64,000 nucleotides of DNA, from IMG/VR virus record IMGVR_UViG_3300027621_000003, positions 186,001-250,000 of that record; one strand, written 5' to 3'. Both the position numbers and the translations under genes were made by a program. The notes below the pieces were generated by a model. It had not been told where the DNA came from, made no database searches, and saw only the letters and a list, made by a program, of their open reading frames with translations. Shown here piece by piece: positions 9,392 through 18,612 of the stretch. The first letter of the stretch is position 1, and the number at the start of each line of letters is the position of its first letter.

Positions 9392-9955
9392 TTATACTAA
9401 ATGAACAAACATCTCACTTATAGGTAATTTTTTGTGAAGTGTGTTCCATAAAGCTGTATAGTCTTTTTCATGTAATTGTTTTTTTAATCCAATATATAGT
9501 GAGAATTCAGGATAAGAATCACTTCTTGGATATATTGTTATCTCATCAAGTTCTGGTAATGTTTTACCCGTTTCAATTTGATATTCCATTTCAACATCTT
9601 CCCACTTATCATAAATTATTTTCTCCATCATTTTGATGAACTCTTGTTTATCATCAATTATGAATTTACTTAAAACTTCAAAATCATCTATACCAATATA
9701 CTTTATATTATTAGATATTACATCTTCAGCATTACTCATAAAATTATAGTAATCTTCGTTAAAGTCAGAAGTAACATTGTTGTACCTATATGGGTCAACG
9801 TGAATGTTTGCAATATATTTACGCCAAGTTGGATATTCTCCACTTTTATGTTGACTATCTGAAACAGGTTCAACACTTATTTTTACACCTTTTTTTTCAA
9901 ATAGTAACTTTGATAATAATTTTTCAATTTGGGTTGCAACTTGACTACGGTCCAT
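9392..9955 (-). CDS. Hypothetical protein
   Basis: ORF track. Confidence 0.7.
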   Translation of the reverse strand: MDRSQVATQIEKLLSKLLFEKKGVKISVEPVSDSQHKSGEYPTWRKYIANIHVDPYRYNNVTSDFNEDYYNFMSNAEDVISNNIKYIGIDDFEVLSKFIIDDKQEFIKMMEKIIYDKWEDVEMEYQIETGKTLPELDEITIYPRSDSYPEFSLYIGLKKQLHEKDYTALWNTLHKKLPISEMFVHLV

Positions 9956-10095
9956 TACTATTAAATATCATTACTTACCCCATTTTGTTTTGAATATCAT
10001 ATAATAAAGTACAAGTGGTAATGCTAATACCAACCATAACAGACAATTTAATCTTTCTTTATTTGACATTATCTTAATATACAATATTTATCAGT

Positions 10096-10368
10096 ATGTA
10101 TCAATCAAATGAAATGATATCAGTTAAAAAACTGTTAGATAAATTAATCAAACCAAAACATCCAAACATAATTAGATTTGATGTTCGTGCTTATGATACT
10201 GACAGAGTGGGTTCAATCCCACATGTTTATGTTTATTTAAAAGACCATGATGATGAAGATGAACTTAACATAGATTGGGAAATTAAAGATGTTTTAAGAT
10301 ATTTATCAATCAAAAATCACATGATAAGATTCACACTTGGTGATGATGATGATTCAGCCTCCCTGTAA
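10096..10368 (+). CDS. Hypothetical protein, paralog of 5625-5930
   Basis: TATTTAT at 10085-10091. Confidence 0.7.
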   Translation: MYQSNEMISVKKLLDKLIKPKHPNIIRFDVRAYDTDRVGSIPHVYVYLKDHDDEDELNIDWEIKDVLRYLSIKNHMIRFTLGDDDDSASL

Positions 10369-10478
10369 TCAGGGTGTTTTAGGACCGTTACCGTTTCGGT
10401 AACAAAAAAAAGAGGAATTCGCTACTCCTCTTTTTTATTTTGATACGGTATGATACGCAAATATACGAGAGTGATACT

Positions 10479-10913
10479 TTAGATGTAAATATTATATTTG
10501 GATTCTATTGTGTAGTAATAATGATTTTGTTGCAGGTATTGAAGTGTTGGATGTGGGTCAAAGTGCGGTAAAAATGTTCCATTTTCATTTTTAAAGATGC
10601 AACAATGTGGTTTTCCTCGTTGGGATGCACCTCTCATAATTACATATTCTTCTTTTGTCTCATCATCTAATGAATGTTTTTTAATACATTTTTGATGTTT
10701 TAAGTCTAACCATAAATTCATAACTTTAAACCACGCATGGTCCTCAGTTGTTTTGTCTTTTTCATCTAACCCATAAAATGTGTAGACATTAGGAACTTCA
10801 TCAATTGGTTCATCCAACAATGAAGCAACACAGGCAATTAAACAATTACCATATGTAAGCCTTTTACCATCTGAATAAAACAGAGAGTATTTTGTTTGGT
10901 TTGTAAGTTTCAT
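10479..10913 (-). CDS. Hypothetical protein, possible papain-like Cys/His/Asp fold
   Basis: GNCLIACVASLL...HCC...FDPHP pattern. Confidence 0.5.
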   Translation of the reverse strand: MKLTNQTKYSLFYSDGKRLTYGNCLIACVASLLDEPIDEVPNVYTFYGLDEKDKTTEDHAWFKVMNLWLDLKHQKCIKKHSLDDETKEEYVIMRGASQRGKPHCCIFKNENGTFLPHFDPHPTLQYLQQNHYYYTIESKYNIYI

Positions 10914-11833
10914 TATTTATTTTTTTTCATAAATTTGTAATCAAAGTCAACATCTAAGTTGAATGATTTTACAAATGGTCGTATTTTTTTAAATACTGAG
11001 GGATTAAAATCATCTTCCCAAATATAATCAGGTAAATCAAAATATCCAACATCTTCCCATGTATCATCCTCTTCATTACCTACCATTAATCTATTGATTA
11101 ATAAATAAATTGTACCTTCATATTGAATTGGTTCATCATCTTCTTGGACATCCGTTTTCCAAAAATGAGTACTTTCTTCATCAAAACTATATTCCATATA
11201 AACATCCACTCGTTCATTATCATCATATGGTGTTGAAAACCAAGTTTCAAACGTTGAGTTATCAGGAATGTATTTTTTTAATAATGAATTAAACATTTGA
11301 GTTGCTTTACCGTCAATATTATCTCTATGTGATTCTTGAATAAATTCTTTTGAGAATTTCTCTTTACTGTAATCAGTAAAATATCTAATCATTTTATAGT
11401 AATCAGATAATAAATCTAATTTATCAAATTCATTTTCTACTTGAGATTGAGATAAAATACTATTATTATCACCATACATCATAATTCCTGAAGGTGCTGC
11501 GTATTTACCACCCAAGTAATTATCATCTGGTTTATTAATGAATAACCCATATTTGGTATTACCTAATCTTTGAGCAATCTCAGGGTTTTTAATTACAAGA
11601 TATGCCAATGAACCCATTTCATTATGTTTATTAAACATGGTGTCATCACATCTAGTTGTTGTACACCATTTAGCGTTGGCTCCATATTTTTTACTTGCTT
11701 CAAATGTCAGTGGAACAACCAATTCAAAATTATTATTTTTGAATAGTTTAATGTACTCATCAGAACTTACTTTAAATTTTTCAGTAATCTGATGAGTCTC
11801 TTCTTTTAATACTTGAAGAATTAGTTGTTTCAT
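10913..11833 (-). CDS. Leader type B protein with a YGxxxKWC domain
   Basis: Start corrected (TATTTAT at 11839-11845); VVPLTFEASKKYGANAKWCTT. Confidence 0.7.
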   Translation of the reverse strand: MKQLILQVLKEETHQITEKFKVSSDEYIKLFKNNNFELVVPLTFEASKKYGANAKWCTTTRCDDTMFNKHNEMGSLAYLVIKNPEIAQRLGNTKYGLFINKPDDNYLGGKYAAPSGIMMYGDNNSILSQSQVENEFDKLDLLSDYYKMIRYFTDYSKEKFSKEFIQESHRDNIDGKATQMFNSLLKKYIPDNSTFETWFSTPYDDNERVDVYMEYSFDEESTHFWKTDVQEDDEPIQYEGTIYLLINRLMVGNEEDDTWEDVGYFDLPDYIWEDDFNPSVFKKIRPFVKSFNLDVDFDYKFMKKNK

Positions 11834-11914
11834 TAGTAATAAATAGTTGGTAAATAAAAAAACCCTCACGATTAGTGAGAGTTCATTATGTTATATGTTA
11901 TTGTTTGATTAAGA

Positions 11915-12217
11915 TTAATCAACAACTTCAGTGTTTGTTTCACCATCCTCAGGTTCAGGACCTAATTGAACAAATCCTCCTTCAGGAATATCTTGTTCAC
12001 ATGGTGCTATATGCACTTGGTTTTCTTTTTTAAACACAATAACTTTATTCACGTCATCTTGACCTTCAATTTTTGTCATTTCAGTTAAGTTAATAACAAC
12101 GCCTTCATTTTCTTGTAATAAAAACCCTAAAGTTTTTGCAAATATTAATGACGCTTTAAACCAGTCTCTTTGGTTAATTTGATTTTCGTTTTCTTCTGGG
12201 TTCGTATTATTTTCCAT
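11915..12217 (-). CDS. Hypothetical protein
   Basis: ORF track; first ATG MENNT. Confidence 0.65.
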   Translation of the reverse strand: MENNTNPEENENQINQRDWFKASLIFAKTLGFLLQENEGVVINLTEMTKIEGQDDVNKVIVFKKENQVHIAPCEQDIPEGGFVQLGPEPEDGETNTEVVD

Positions 12218-12271
12218 AAATGTAATTATACTATTTTTAATTTTATTTATCAAGTTAAAATACTTATTATT

Positions 12272-12406
12272 ATGTTTAAAATGTTATGGAATAAAATGTT
12301 ACTTTTTTTTGGTTTAAAATCAAAACCTAAAAAAGAGTTATTAAATGAAGTTGTAAAAACTGATGAACCAAAAGTTAAACGTTTAGTATATCAAAAAAGA
12401 ACTTAA
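12272..12406 (+). CDS. Small hypothetical protein
   Basis: ATG 12272 follows a TACTTAT variant; abuts the next gene. Confidence 0.45.
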   Translation: MFKMLWNKMLLFFGLKSKPKKELLNEVVKTDEPKVKRLVYQKRT

Positions 12407-12407
12407 T

Positions 12408-12722
12408 ATGAATTTATTAGAAGAGTCATTACGAATTAAAAAAATGATGGTTATTGAACAATCATCATCAGACAATTATTTTAAAGAATTCTCTGAAGGT
12501 AATTTTAATAATTTAAAAGAGTTTTTATCAAATAATTCAGAATTTGTAAATAAATTAAAAATAATATTACATCAAGATTCAATTGATTCTATTGAATCAT
12601 CTTTAGTTAAATCAAATAAAACAAATTTAATGAGAGGTATGTCTGACGCTAAAAAATCAAAAGACATGGACTTATATAAGTTTTTAGAAATCTTTCTAAA
12701 AAATGCCGATGTTTTATATTAA
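12408..12722 (+). CDS. Hypothetical protein, leader type C (MNLLEESLRIKKMM)
   Basis: ORF track. Confidence 0.65.
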   Translation: MNLLEESLRIKKMMVIEQSSSDNYFKEFSEGNFNNLKEFLSNNSEFVNKLKIILHQDSIDSIESSLVKSNKTNLMRGMSDAKKSKDMDLYKFLEIFLKNADVLY

Positions 12723-13270
12723 AAGCCTAACTCTGTCTCAATATCAGCCAACTTTGGAAGGACTCTGTCTTTGTCTGACATTATTAATTGGCTAACATCT
12801 ACACCCCAATCTATATTAATTTCAGGGTCATTATATATAATACCACCGTCTGCTGATGTCATATATAACTCATCACATTTATAATGGAATACAGCAACAT
12901 CTGAAAGTGTAACAAACCCATGAGCAAATCCTTTTGGAACCAACATCATTTTCATATTGTCTTCAGATAATTTAACACCAAACCATTGTTTGTAGGTGTC
13001 TGATGATTTTCTAAGGTCAACCACAACATCATATACTTCACCTACAATACATCTAACAAGTTTTGCTTGTGGTGCTATCTTTTGAAAGTGAAGTCCTCTT
13101 AAAACTCCTTTAACACTAATTGATTGGTTATCTTGTACAAAGTTTGTATAGATACCTTGTTCCCTGAAAAAACGTTGGTTATAAGTTTCAAAAAAATACC
13201 CTCTGTTATCTTCGTGAACTGTAGGACTAATAACATACAAATCTTTAATTGGTGTTTGTTCTATTTTCAT
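12719..13270 (-). CDS. rfbC: dTDP-4-dehydrorhamnose 3,5-epimerase
   Basis: DNRGYFFE, FVQDNQSIS, GVLRGLHFQ and PKGFAHGF motifs. Confidence 0.95.
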   Translation of the reverse strand: MKIEQTPIKDLYVISPTVHEDNRGYFFETYNQRFFREQGIYTNFVQDNQSISVKGVLRGLHFQKIAPQAKLVRCIVGEVYDVVVDLRKSSDTYKQWFGVKLSEDNMKMMLVPKGFAHGFVTLSDVAVFHYKCDELYMTSADGGIIYNDPEINIDWGVDVSQLIMSDKDRVLPKLADIETELGF

Positions 13271-15669
13271 ATTTTACTTAGTGTTTTTAATGTTTTTAAC
13301 AAAGAATCTGGTGTAACAGAAATACTATCAATACCTTCACTAACTAAAAATTCTGCAAAATCAGGAAAATCAGATGGTCCTTGTCCACAAATTCCTACCT
13401 TAGTGTTAGTTTTTTTTCCAACCTTAATAAGGTGTGATATTGCTCGTTTTACCGCAAGATTTCTCTCATCGTAAATTGAGGATACAAGTGCTGAATCTCG
13501 GTCCAATCCTAAAATCAATTGTGTTAAATCATTGGAACCAATTGAGAATCCATCAATATGTTCTGAAAATTCTTCAGCCATAAAAATATTTGATGGTAAT
13601 TCTGCCATCAAATAAACCTCAAGACCTTTTTCACCTCTTTTTAATCCATAAGATTCCATGACTTTATAAACTTTTAATAACTCGTCTATTGTTCTACAAA
13701 AAGGAATCATAACTACAACATTACTAAATCCCATTTTTTCTCTAACTCTTTTGATTGCTTTAATTTCCATACCAAAAGCATCTTTATATTTTTCAGAATA
13801 ATATCTTGAGGCACCCCTCCAACCAATCATTGGATTTTCTTCATCTGGTTCAAAATAAATCCCACCCAATAAATTTTTATATTCATTAGATTTAAAATCG
13901 GAAAGTCTAACAATAACTTTATTGGGATAAAATGCCGCAGCAATTCTTGCAATACCATAACTTAATTTTTTTACAAAGAATGTTTCTTCATCTTCATAAC
14001 CTTTGGTTATTGTATTTATTTGCTCACTTAATTTTTTATCACCAATCTGTTTGTGTTGTAATAATGCCATTGGGTGAACTTTAATGTAATTATTAATTAT
14101 AAATTCTTCTCGTGCTAAACCAACTCCGGCATTTGGTAAACTTGAAAATTTAAATGCTATTTCAGGAGATGCAACATTTAACATTATGGGTGTTGATATT
14201 TTTGGTAATTCTTCCAAATTCGTTTCAATTTTTTCATAATCAATAAAACCATCATAAACAAATCCAACATCTCCTTCTCCACAAGAGACCGTAACTTTTT
14301 GGTGATTTTTTAATATGTCGGTTGCGTTCATTGTTCCAACAATTGCTGGTAATCCCATTTCTCGTGCAACAATTGCTGCGTGACAGGTTCTACCACCTTT
14401 ATTTGTAATGATTGCGGATGCTTTTTTCATTATGGGTTCCCAATCAGGGTCAGTCATATCGGTAACTAAAACACTACCTTCAACAAAGTCAGAGACATCA
14501 AACGTACCGTCACGACCATCTAATGAATACATTATTGTAACTTCTCCATTTGCAATTTTATCTCCGACTGCTCCACCTTTAACAATTGGCGTTAAATTTT
14601 CGGTATTGATTTTATATTCAACAAGTGTATCAGTTTTTTTTCTTGAATGTATTGTTTCGGGTCTGGCTTGAACAATATATAATTCATTGGTTAAACCATC
14701 AATTGCCCATTCCACATCCATAGGACACCAATATCCTTTTAAATCGGAATAATATTTTTCAATTGATGTAACCCATTTTGAGATTTCTAATACTTGATTA
14801 TCATTGATACAAAAATTGTTTTTATGTTCCTCATCAATATTAATAATTTTGGTTAATTTACCTTGACCCTCACCATAAACCATTTTTTTATCTTTGTTAC
14901 CCAATTTTTTTTCAATAATACAAGAAAATCCTTCTTCCAATAATGGTTTGAATACAATAAATTCGTCAGGAGATACTGAACCTTGAACAACCATCTCACC
15001 CAACCCATAACTTCCATTTATAATTACAACATCTTTGAATCCACTTTCAGTATCTAATGAAAATGCAACACCAGAAGATGATAAATCAGAACGAACCATT
15101 TTTTGAACACAAACAGACAATCCAACATCAAAATGGTCATATCCAAAAGATGTTCTATAAGATATTGCTCTATCGGTAAACAGGGAAGCAAAACAATTTC
15201 TTACAGATTCTAAAATGGATTCTGTACCTCTAACGTTTAAAAAAGTTTCTTGTTGACCAGCAAAACTGGCATCAGGTAAATCTTCGGCGGTTGCAGATGA
15301 CCTTACAGCAACGTCAGTCATTGTTTGACCATATGTTTCCGATAACTCAAGATACTTTAATTGTATTTCATTTTTTAGTTTTTCAGGAAAAACTCCATTT
15401 CTGATTAATTCCCTAATTGCAAGACCAGTCTTACGAAGTGCGATTATGTCATTTGGGTTTAAATCTAAGATTAGTTTTCTGATAGATTTATCTAATTTAT
15501 TATGATTAATAAAATCATAATATCCTTTTACGGTTATAGCAAAACCATTTGGAACTTTAATTTTTAAAGTATTAAGATGTTGCAACATTTCACCCAAAGA
15601 TGCATTTTTTCCACCGACTACATGAATGTCTTTTAAAGACACATTGTTTAAATCAAGAATATATTTCAT
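13267..15669 (-). CDS. ppsA: Phosphoenolpyruvate synthase (pyruvate, water dikinase)
   Basis: VGGKNASLGEM, VAVRSSATAEDLPDASFAGQQ, GGRTCHAAIVARE and DGFSIGSNDLTQ motifs. Confidence 0.97.
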   Translation of the reverse strand: MKYILDLNNVSLKDIHVVGGKNASLGEMLQHLNTLKIKVPNGFAITVKGYYDFINHNKLDKSIRKLILDLNPNDIIALRKTGLAIRELIRNGVFPEKLKNEIQLKYLELSETYGQTMTDVAVRSSATAEDLPDASFAGQQETFLNVRGTESILESVRNCFASLFTDRAISYRTSFGYDHFDVGLSVCVQKMVRSDLSSSGVAFSLDTESGFKDVVIINGSYGLGEMVVQGSVSPDEFIVFKPLLEEGFSCIIEKKLGNKDKKMVYGEGQGKLTKIINIDEEHKNNFCINDNQVLEISKWVTSIEKYYSDLKGYWCPMDVEWAIDGLTNELYIVQARPETIHSRKKTDTLVEYKINTENLTPIVKGGAVGDKIANGEVTIMYSLDGRDGTFDVSDFVEGSVLVTDMTDPDWEPIMKKASAIITNKGGRTCHAAIVAREMGLPAIVGTMNATDILKNHQKVTVSCGEGDVGFVYDGFIDYEKIETNLEELPKISTPIMLNVASPEIAFKFSSLPNAGVGLAREEFIINNYIKVHPMALLQHKQIGDKKLSEQINTITKGYEDEETFFVKKLSYGIARIAAAFYPNKVIVRLSDFKSNEYKNLLGGIYFEPDEENPMIGWRGASRYYSEKYKDAFGMEIKAIKRVREKMGFSNVVVMIPFCRTIDELLKVYKVMESYGLKRGEKGLEVYLMAELPSNIFMAEEFSEHIDGFSIGSNDLTQLILGLDRDSALVSSIYDERNLAVKRAISHLIKVGKKTNTKVGICGQGPSDFPDFAEFLVSEGIDSISVTPDSLLKTLKTLSKI

Positions 15670-15691
15670 ACGTATTATTTTTTTTATTGTT

Positions 15692-15883
15692 TTAATCTTG
15701 TTTTGTTCCTAAAGCCCATACTGAATTTGGGAATAACTCTTGTCGTAATTTTAATATAATATCTCTGTGTCCCTGAAATTTATCTCCCATAACAGATTTG
15801 TGTCCGTTTAAAACCGCTTTAGTTATTTCATAATCTAATTTGGAAATCAATGCTGATTTTTCAATATCACTCATGTTTTCCAT
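15692..15883 (-). CDS. Small hypothetical protein
   Basis: ORF track; coupled to neighbours. Confidence 0.55.
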   Translation of the reverse strand: MENMSDIEKSALISKLDYEITKAVLNGHKSVMGDKFQGHRDIILKLRQELFPNSVWALGTKQD

Positions 15884-16245
15884 TATTCAAATATTTGTAT
15901 TTTAGCATCAACCTCTTTTAATTCTGTCCATGTTCCCAAATATGTAACCGCTCTAACTTTTCTATTATCAATCCACACATATTCCTGACCATCCTTAATT
16001 CGTGGTTTATCCATAACTAATCCATGATACTTAAAACCTTTTTCTTTTAACCACAATTCTGTCACCTCTTTGTCTTTACCTTCCCTTGCGGTGAAGAATG
16101 TAATTATATTACCTTCATCATACCATTTATTAATAATCAGTAACGCAGGCTCATAGTGATTTGCCGTTGAGTACAGATGACTTTCTTCATTTTTGATGTC
16201 ATCGCATATAGTACCATCAATATCAATTAGAAATACTTTGTTCAT
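15883..16245 (-). CDS. HAD-superfamily phosphatase
   Basis: DIDGT motif I, TAR motif II, KP...ID. Confidence 0.8.
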   Translation of the reverse strand: MNKVFLIDIDGTICDDIKNEESHLYSTANHYEPALLIINKWYDEGNIITFFTAREGKDKEVTELWLKEKGFKYHGLVMDKPRIKDGQEYVWIDNRKVRAVTYLGTWTELKEVDAKIQIFE

Positions 16246-16426
16246 TTAATTCAATCTCCTCTTCGTATTGTCGTTTTAATTCTATATATGCCAATTCGGC
16301 ACATTCAACTGTATTTAAATTAGGATGTTTTTTTCTACATTCATTAACTTTGTCATGCATCTCATTGTATTTACCAATCTCATTTGATAAATGATACAAT
16401 TCCTCAATCCATTCTTCGTTTGTCAT
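16223..16426 (-). CDS. Small hypothetical protein
   Basis: ORF track; first ATG MTNEEW. Confidence 0.55.
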   Translation of the reverse strand: MTNEEWIEELYHLSNEIGKYNEMHDKVNECRKKHPNLNTVECAELAYIELKRQYEEEIELNEQSISN

Positions 16427-16813
16427 ATTAACCAATTGTCTTTTTTATTGTTTCTTATAAACCGCATGATTATCGGTGCTGGTATTAAACATAATAAAAA
16501 AATAACAATATTGTCTAATATTTTTTTCATTTTATGATTTTTTTTTGAAATTAAAAATTGCATGTCCAACCAATGTTCCTGACATAAAACAACATAAGAT
16601 TGATAGTAAAAAATTAGACATGTTAAATGAAACCAACAAACATGCAATCGTAAATAATAAAAAAGTGAACCTATTCAAAAAATCTGTTAGGTTCATTTTT
16701 TTTTTACCATTTCTTTGATTTCCGACAATACTCCAAGTAAAATAAAACTCAAAAATAAAGTTAAAAATGGGTGTTCACTCATTACTTCAAACGCTTCTCT
16801 CATGCCAATAAAA

Positions 16814-16948
16814 TTAACCTTGTTGAGTTTGAGACTCTTTTAACTTAACTGCTTCAGCAATCATGTTTTCATTACTACCACCATACTTACATGAGCATGT
16901 TGGTTTACCGTGTTGTTTCAAAATTTCTTTTGCTTCTTCTAAGTTCAT
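16814..16948 (-). CDS. Small hypothetical protein, 44 aa (MNLEEAKEIL...CSC...), absent from the ORF track
   Basis: Hand-translated. Confidence 0.45.
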   Translation of the reverse strand: MNLEEAKEILKQHGKPTCSCKYGGSNENMIAEAVKLKESQTQQG

Positions 16949-16977
16949 AATAAAATAAGTATAATTGTTTTTTGTTT

Positions 16978-17628
16978 TTAAATCAATCTTTTTTCGTGAT
17001 GGTCTTTTGGAAGTGTTAGTTTAGCAATTGGTCTATTTCTTAACAATGAAATAACTTCTTCAACGTTCATTGGGTATAGATTATTTCCATCACAACCAAC
17101 ATCCATAGCACGACCTTCAGCTATTCTCAAATGAGGTGGTAAGTGAACGTGACCGTGTAAGTGCATTACATCAGCGTTCATACCATCCCAAGAACAAATT
17201 GGATAGTGCATACACACAAAAGTATATTTACGAGTTCCTGAACCATTTGGAATACGTAAGTCAAGGTGAATATAATCACTACAGGTTGTAAAAATGTCTT
17301 GAATATCACCTTTGTTTCTACGGATGTGATGGTCGTGATTTCCATGAATCAAGTGAAGATTTTTACAAACAATCCTACTCCTGAATTCTTGAATATTTTC
17401 AAACCCACCAAAACTGAAATCACCTAAGTGAATCAAAATATCATTCTCACCAACAGTTTCATTGATTCTATTAACCAACGTGTCATTCATGTGTTCAAGT
17501 GATTTAAAATCTCTTGTCGCTGAATCTGAATCGGCCCATTTTGTAGTTGCGCTACAAATATTAGAGTGACCGTAGTGGGTATCACTCGTAAAAAATAACC
17601 GTTGACCTTTTTCTAATACAACTTTCAT
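16978..17628 (-). CDS. Calcineurin-like metallophosphoesterase
   Basis: SDTH, LGD, GNHD, HYP and HGHVH motifs. Confidence 0.9.
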   Translation of the reverse strand: MKVVLEKGQRLFFTSDTHYGHSNICSATTKWADSDSATRDFKSLEHMNDTLVNRINETVGENDILIHLGDFSFGGFENIQEFRSRIVCKNLHLIHGNHDHHIRRNKGDIQDIFTTCSDYIHLDLRIPNGSGTRKYTFVCMHYPICSWDGMNADVMHLHGHVHLPPHLRIAEGRAMDVGCDGNNLYPMNVEEVISLLRNRPIAKLTLPKDHHEKRLI

Positions 17629-17773
17629 AACTTATTTACTTTGCATATAAAATGAAAAACATATAACCAAAATAAAGTAAAAACACCACAAATATAACGG
17701 TATTAATTTCTTTTGGAATTTCATATTACAAAGATAAACAAAAAACCCAAGATTCTCATCTCGGGTTTCAATT

Positions 17774-18499
17774 TTATTTCCTTTTGTAGTTATGTTTGTG
17801 ACACTCCATCCATTTCTTATATCTTGATTTACCAAGTATATCTAACACCTTATGTAGATACTCTTTTTCACAATCTTTTATTTTACCACACGCAGTCGCT
17901 CTATCCAAACTTGTTTTGATTTTCTCTTTTACCTGATTATTTAAATAGTGCATTTTACTTGCCCATGTTTTTTCTAAAGCGGTAAGTTTTTCTTTGTATT
18001 GAGATTCAGTTATTACACCCATTTTTAAATCATAATCTAATTTTGATTTTTCAGGCATGAACCAATTTAAGTAGTAGTTGTATTTCTGTGTTTTAGCCCA
18101 ACCTTCAATTTCTCTATTAATTCTTGCGACAATTATTTTGTTTTGTTTTTGACATTCAACTTTATTTAAATGAGCCTTATTTAAAAGTTCTTTTTCAGCC
18201 TTTGTAACTTCAATACCTTTTACACAAGAATCAATTTTACCTGTTCTTGATGTAACCATTGTAAATGGGTTGTAATCCAAAAATAATGGATAATCTATTA
18301 TTGTTGCATCAGTTATTGGTGTTATGTCAGATGTCATTGGGTTATCAAAGATAACGGTACCCATAGAATCTACTACAGCGTTTGGTTCTTCATCTACCAA
18401 AAGATTAACTGTTGGGTTTGGAGTTGGTATAGGTTCTTTTTCACAACCCATAAAACCAATCATACCAACTAAAACGAGCGATAATATTATTTTTTTCAT
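17774..18499 (-). CDS. Lipoprotein
   Basis: MKKIILSLVLVGMIGFMG-C signal peptide II followed by EKE. Confidence 0.7.
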   Translation of the reverse strand: MKKIILSLVLVGMIGFMGCEKEPIPTPNPTVNLLVDEEPNAVVDSMGTVIFDNPMTSDITPITDATIIDYPLFLDYNPFTMVTSRTGKIDSCVKGIEVTKAEKELLNKAHLNKVECQKQNKIIVARINREIEGWAKTQKYNYYLNWFMPEKSKLDYDLKMGVITESQYKEKLTALEKTWASKMHYLNNQVKEKIKTSLDRATACGKIKDCEKEYLHKVLDILGKSRYKKWMECHKHNYKRK

Positions 18500-18612
18500 G
18501 TTTTTATTTATAAATAGTTTTTATTTTTTTAAAATTTTTGGAATACGGAATGTTCTCTTACCCATTCTATACTTTTTTGGATTAATGTTAAAAATTGTTT
18601 TAATTTCATTTT

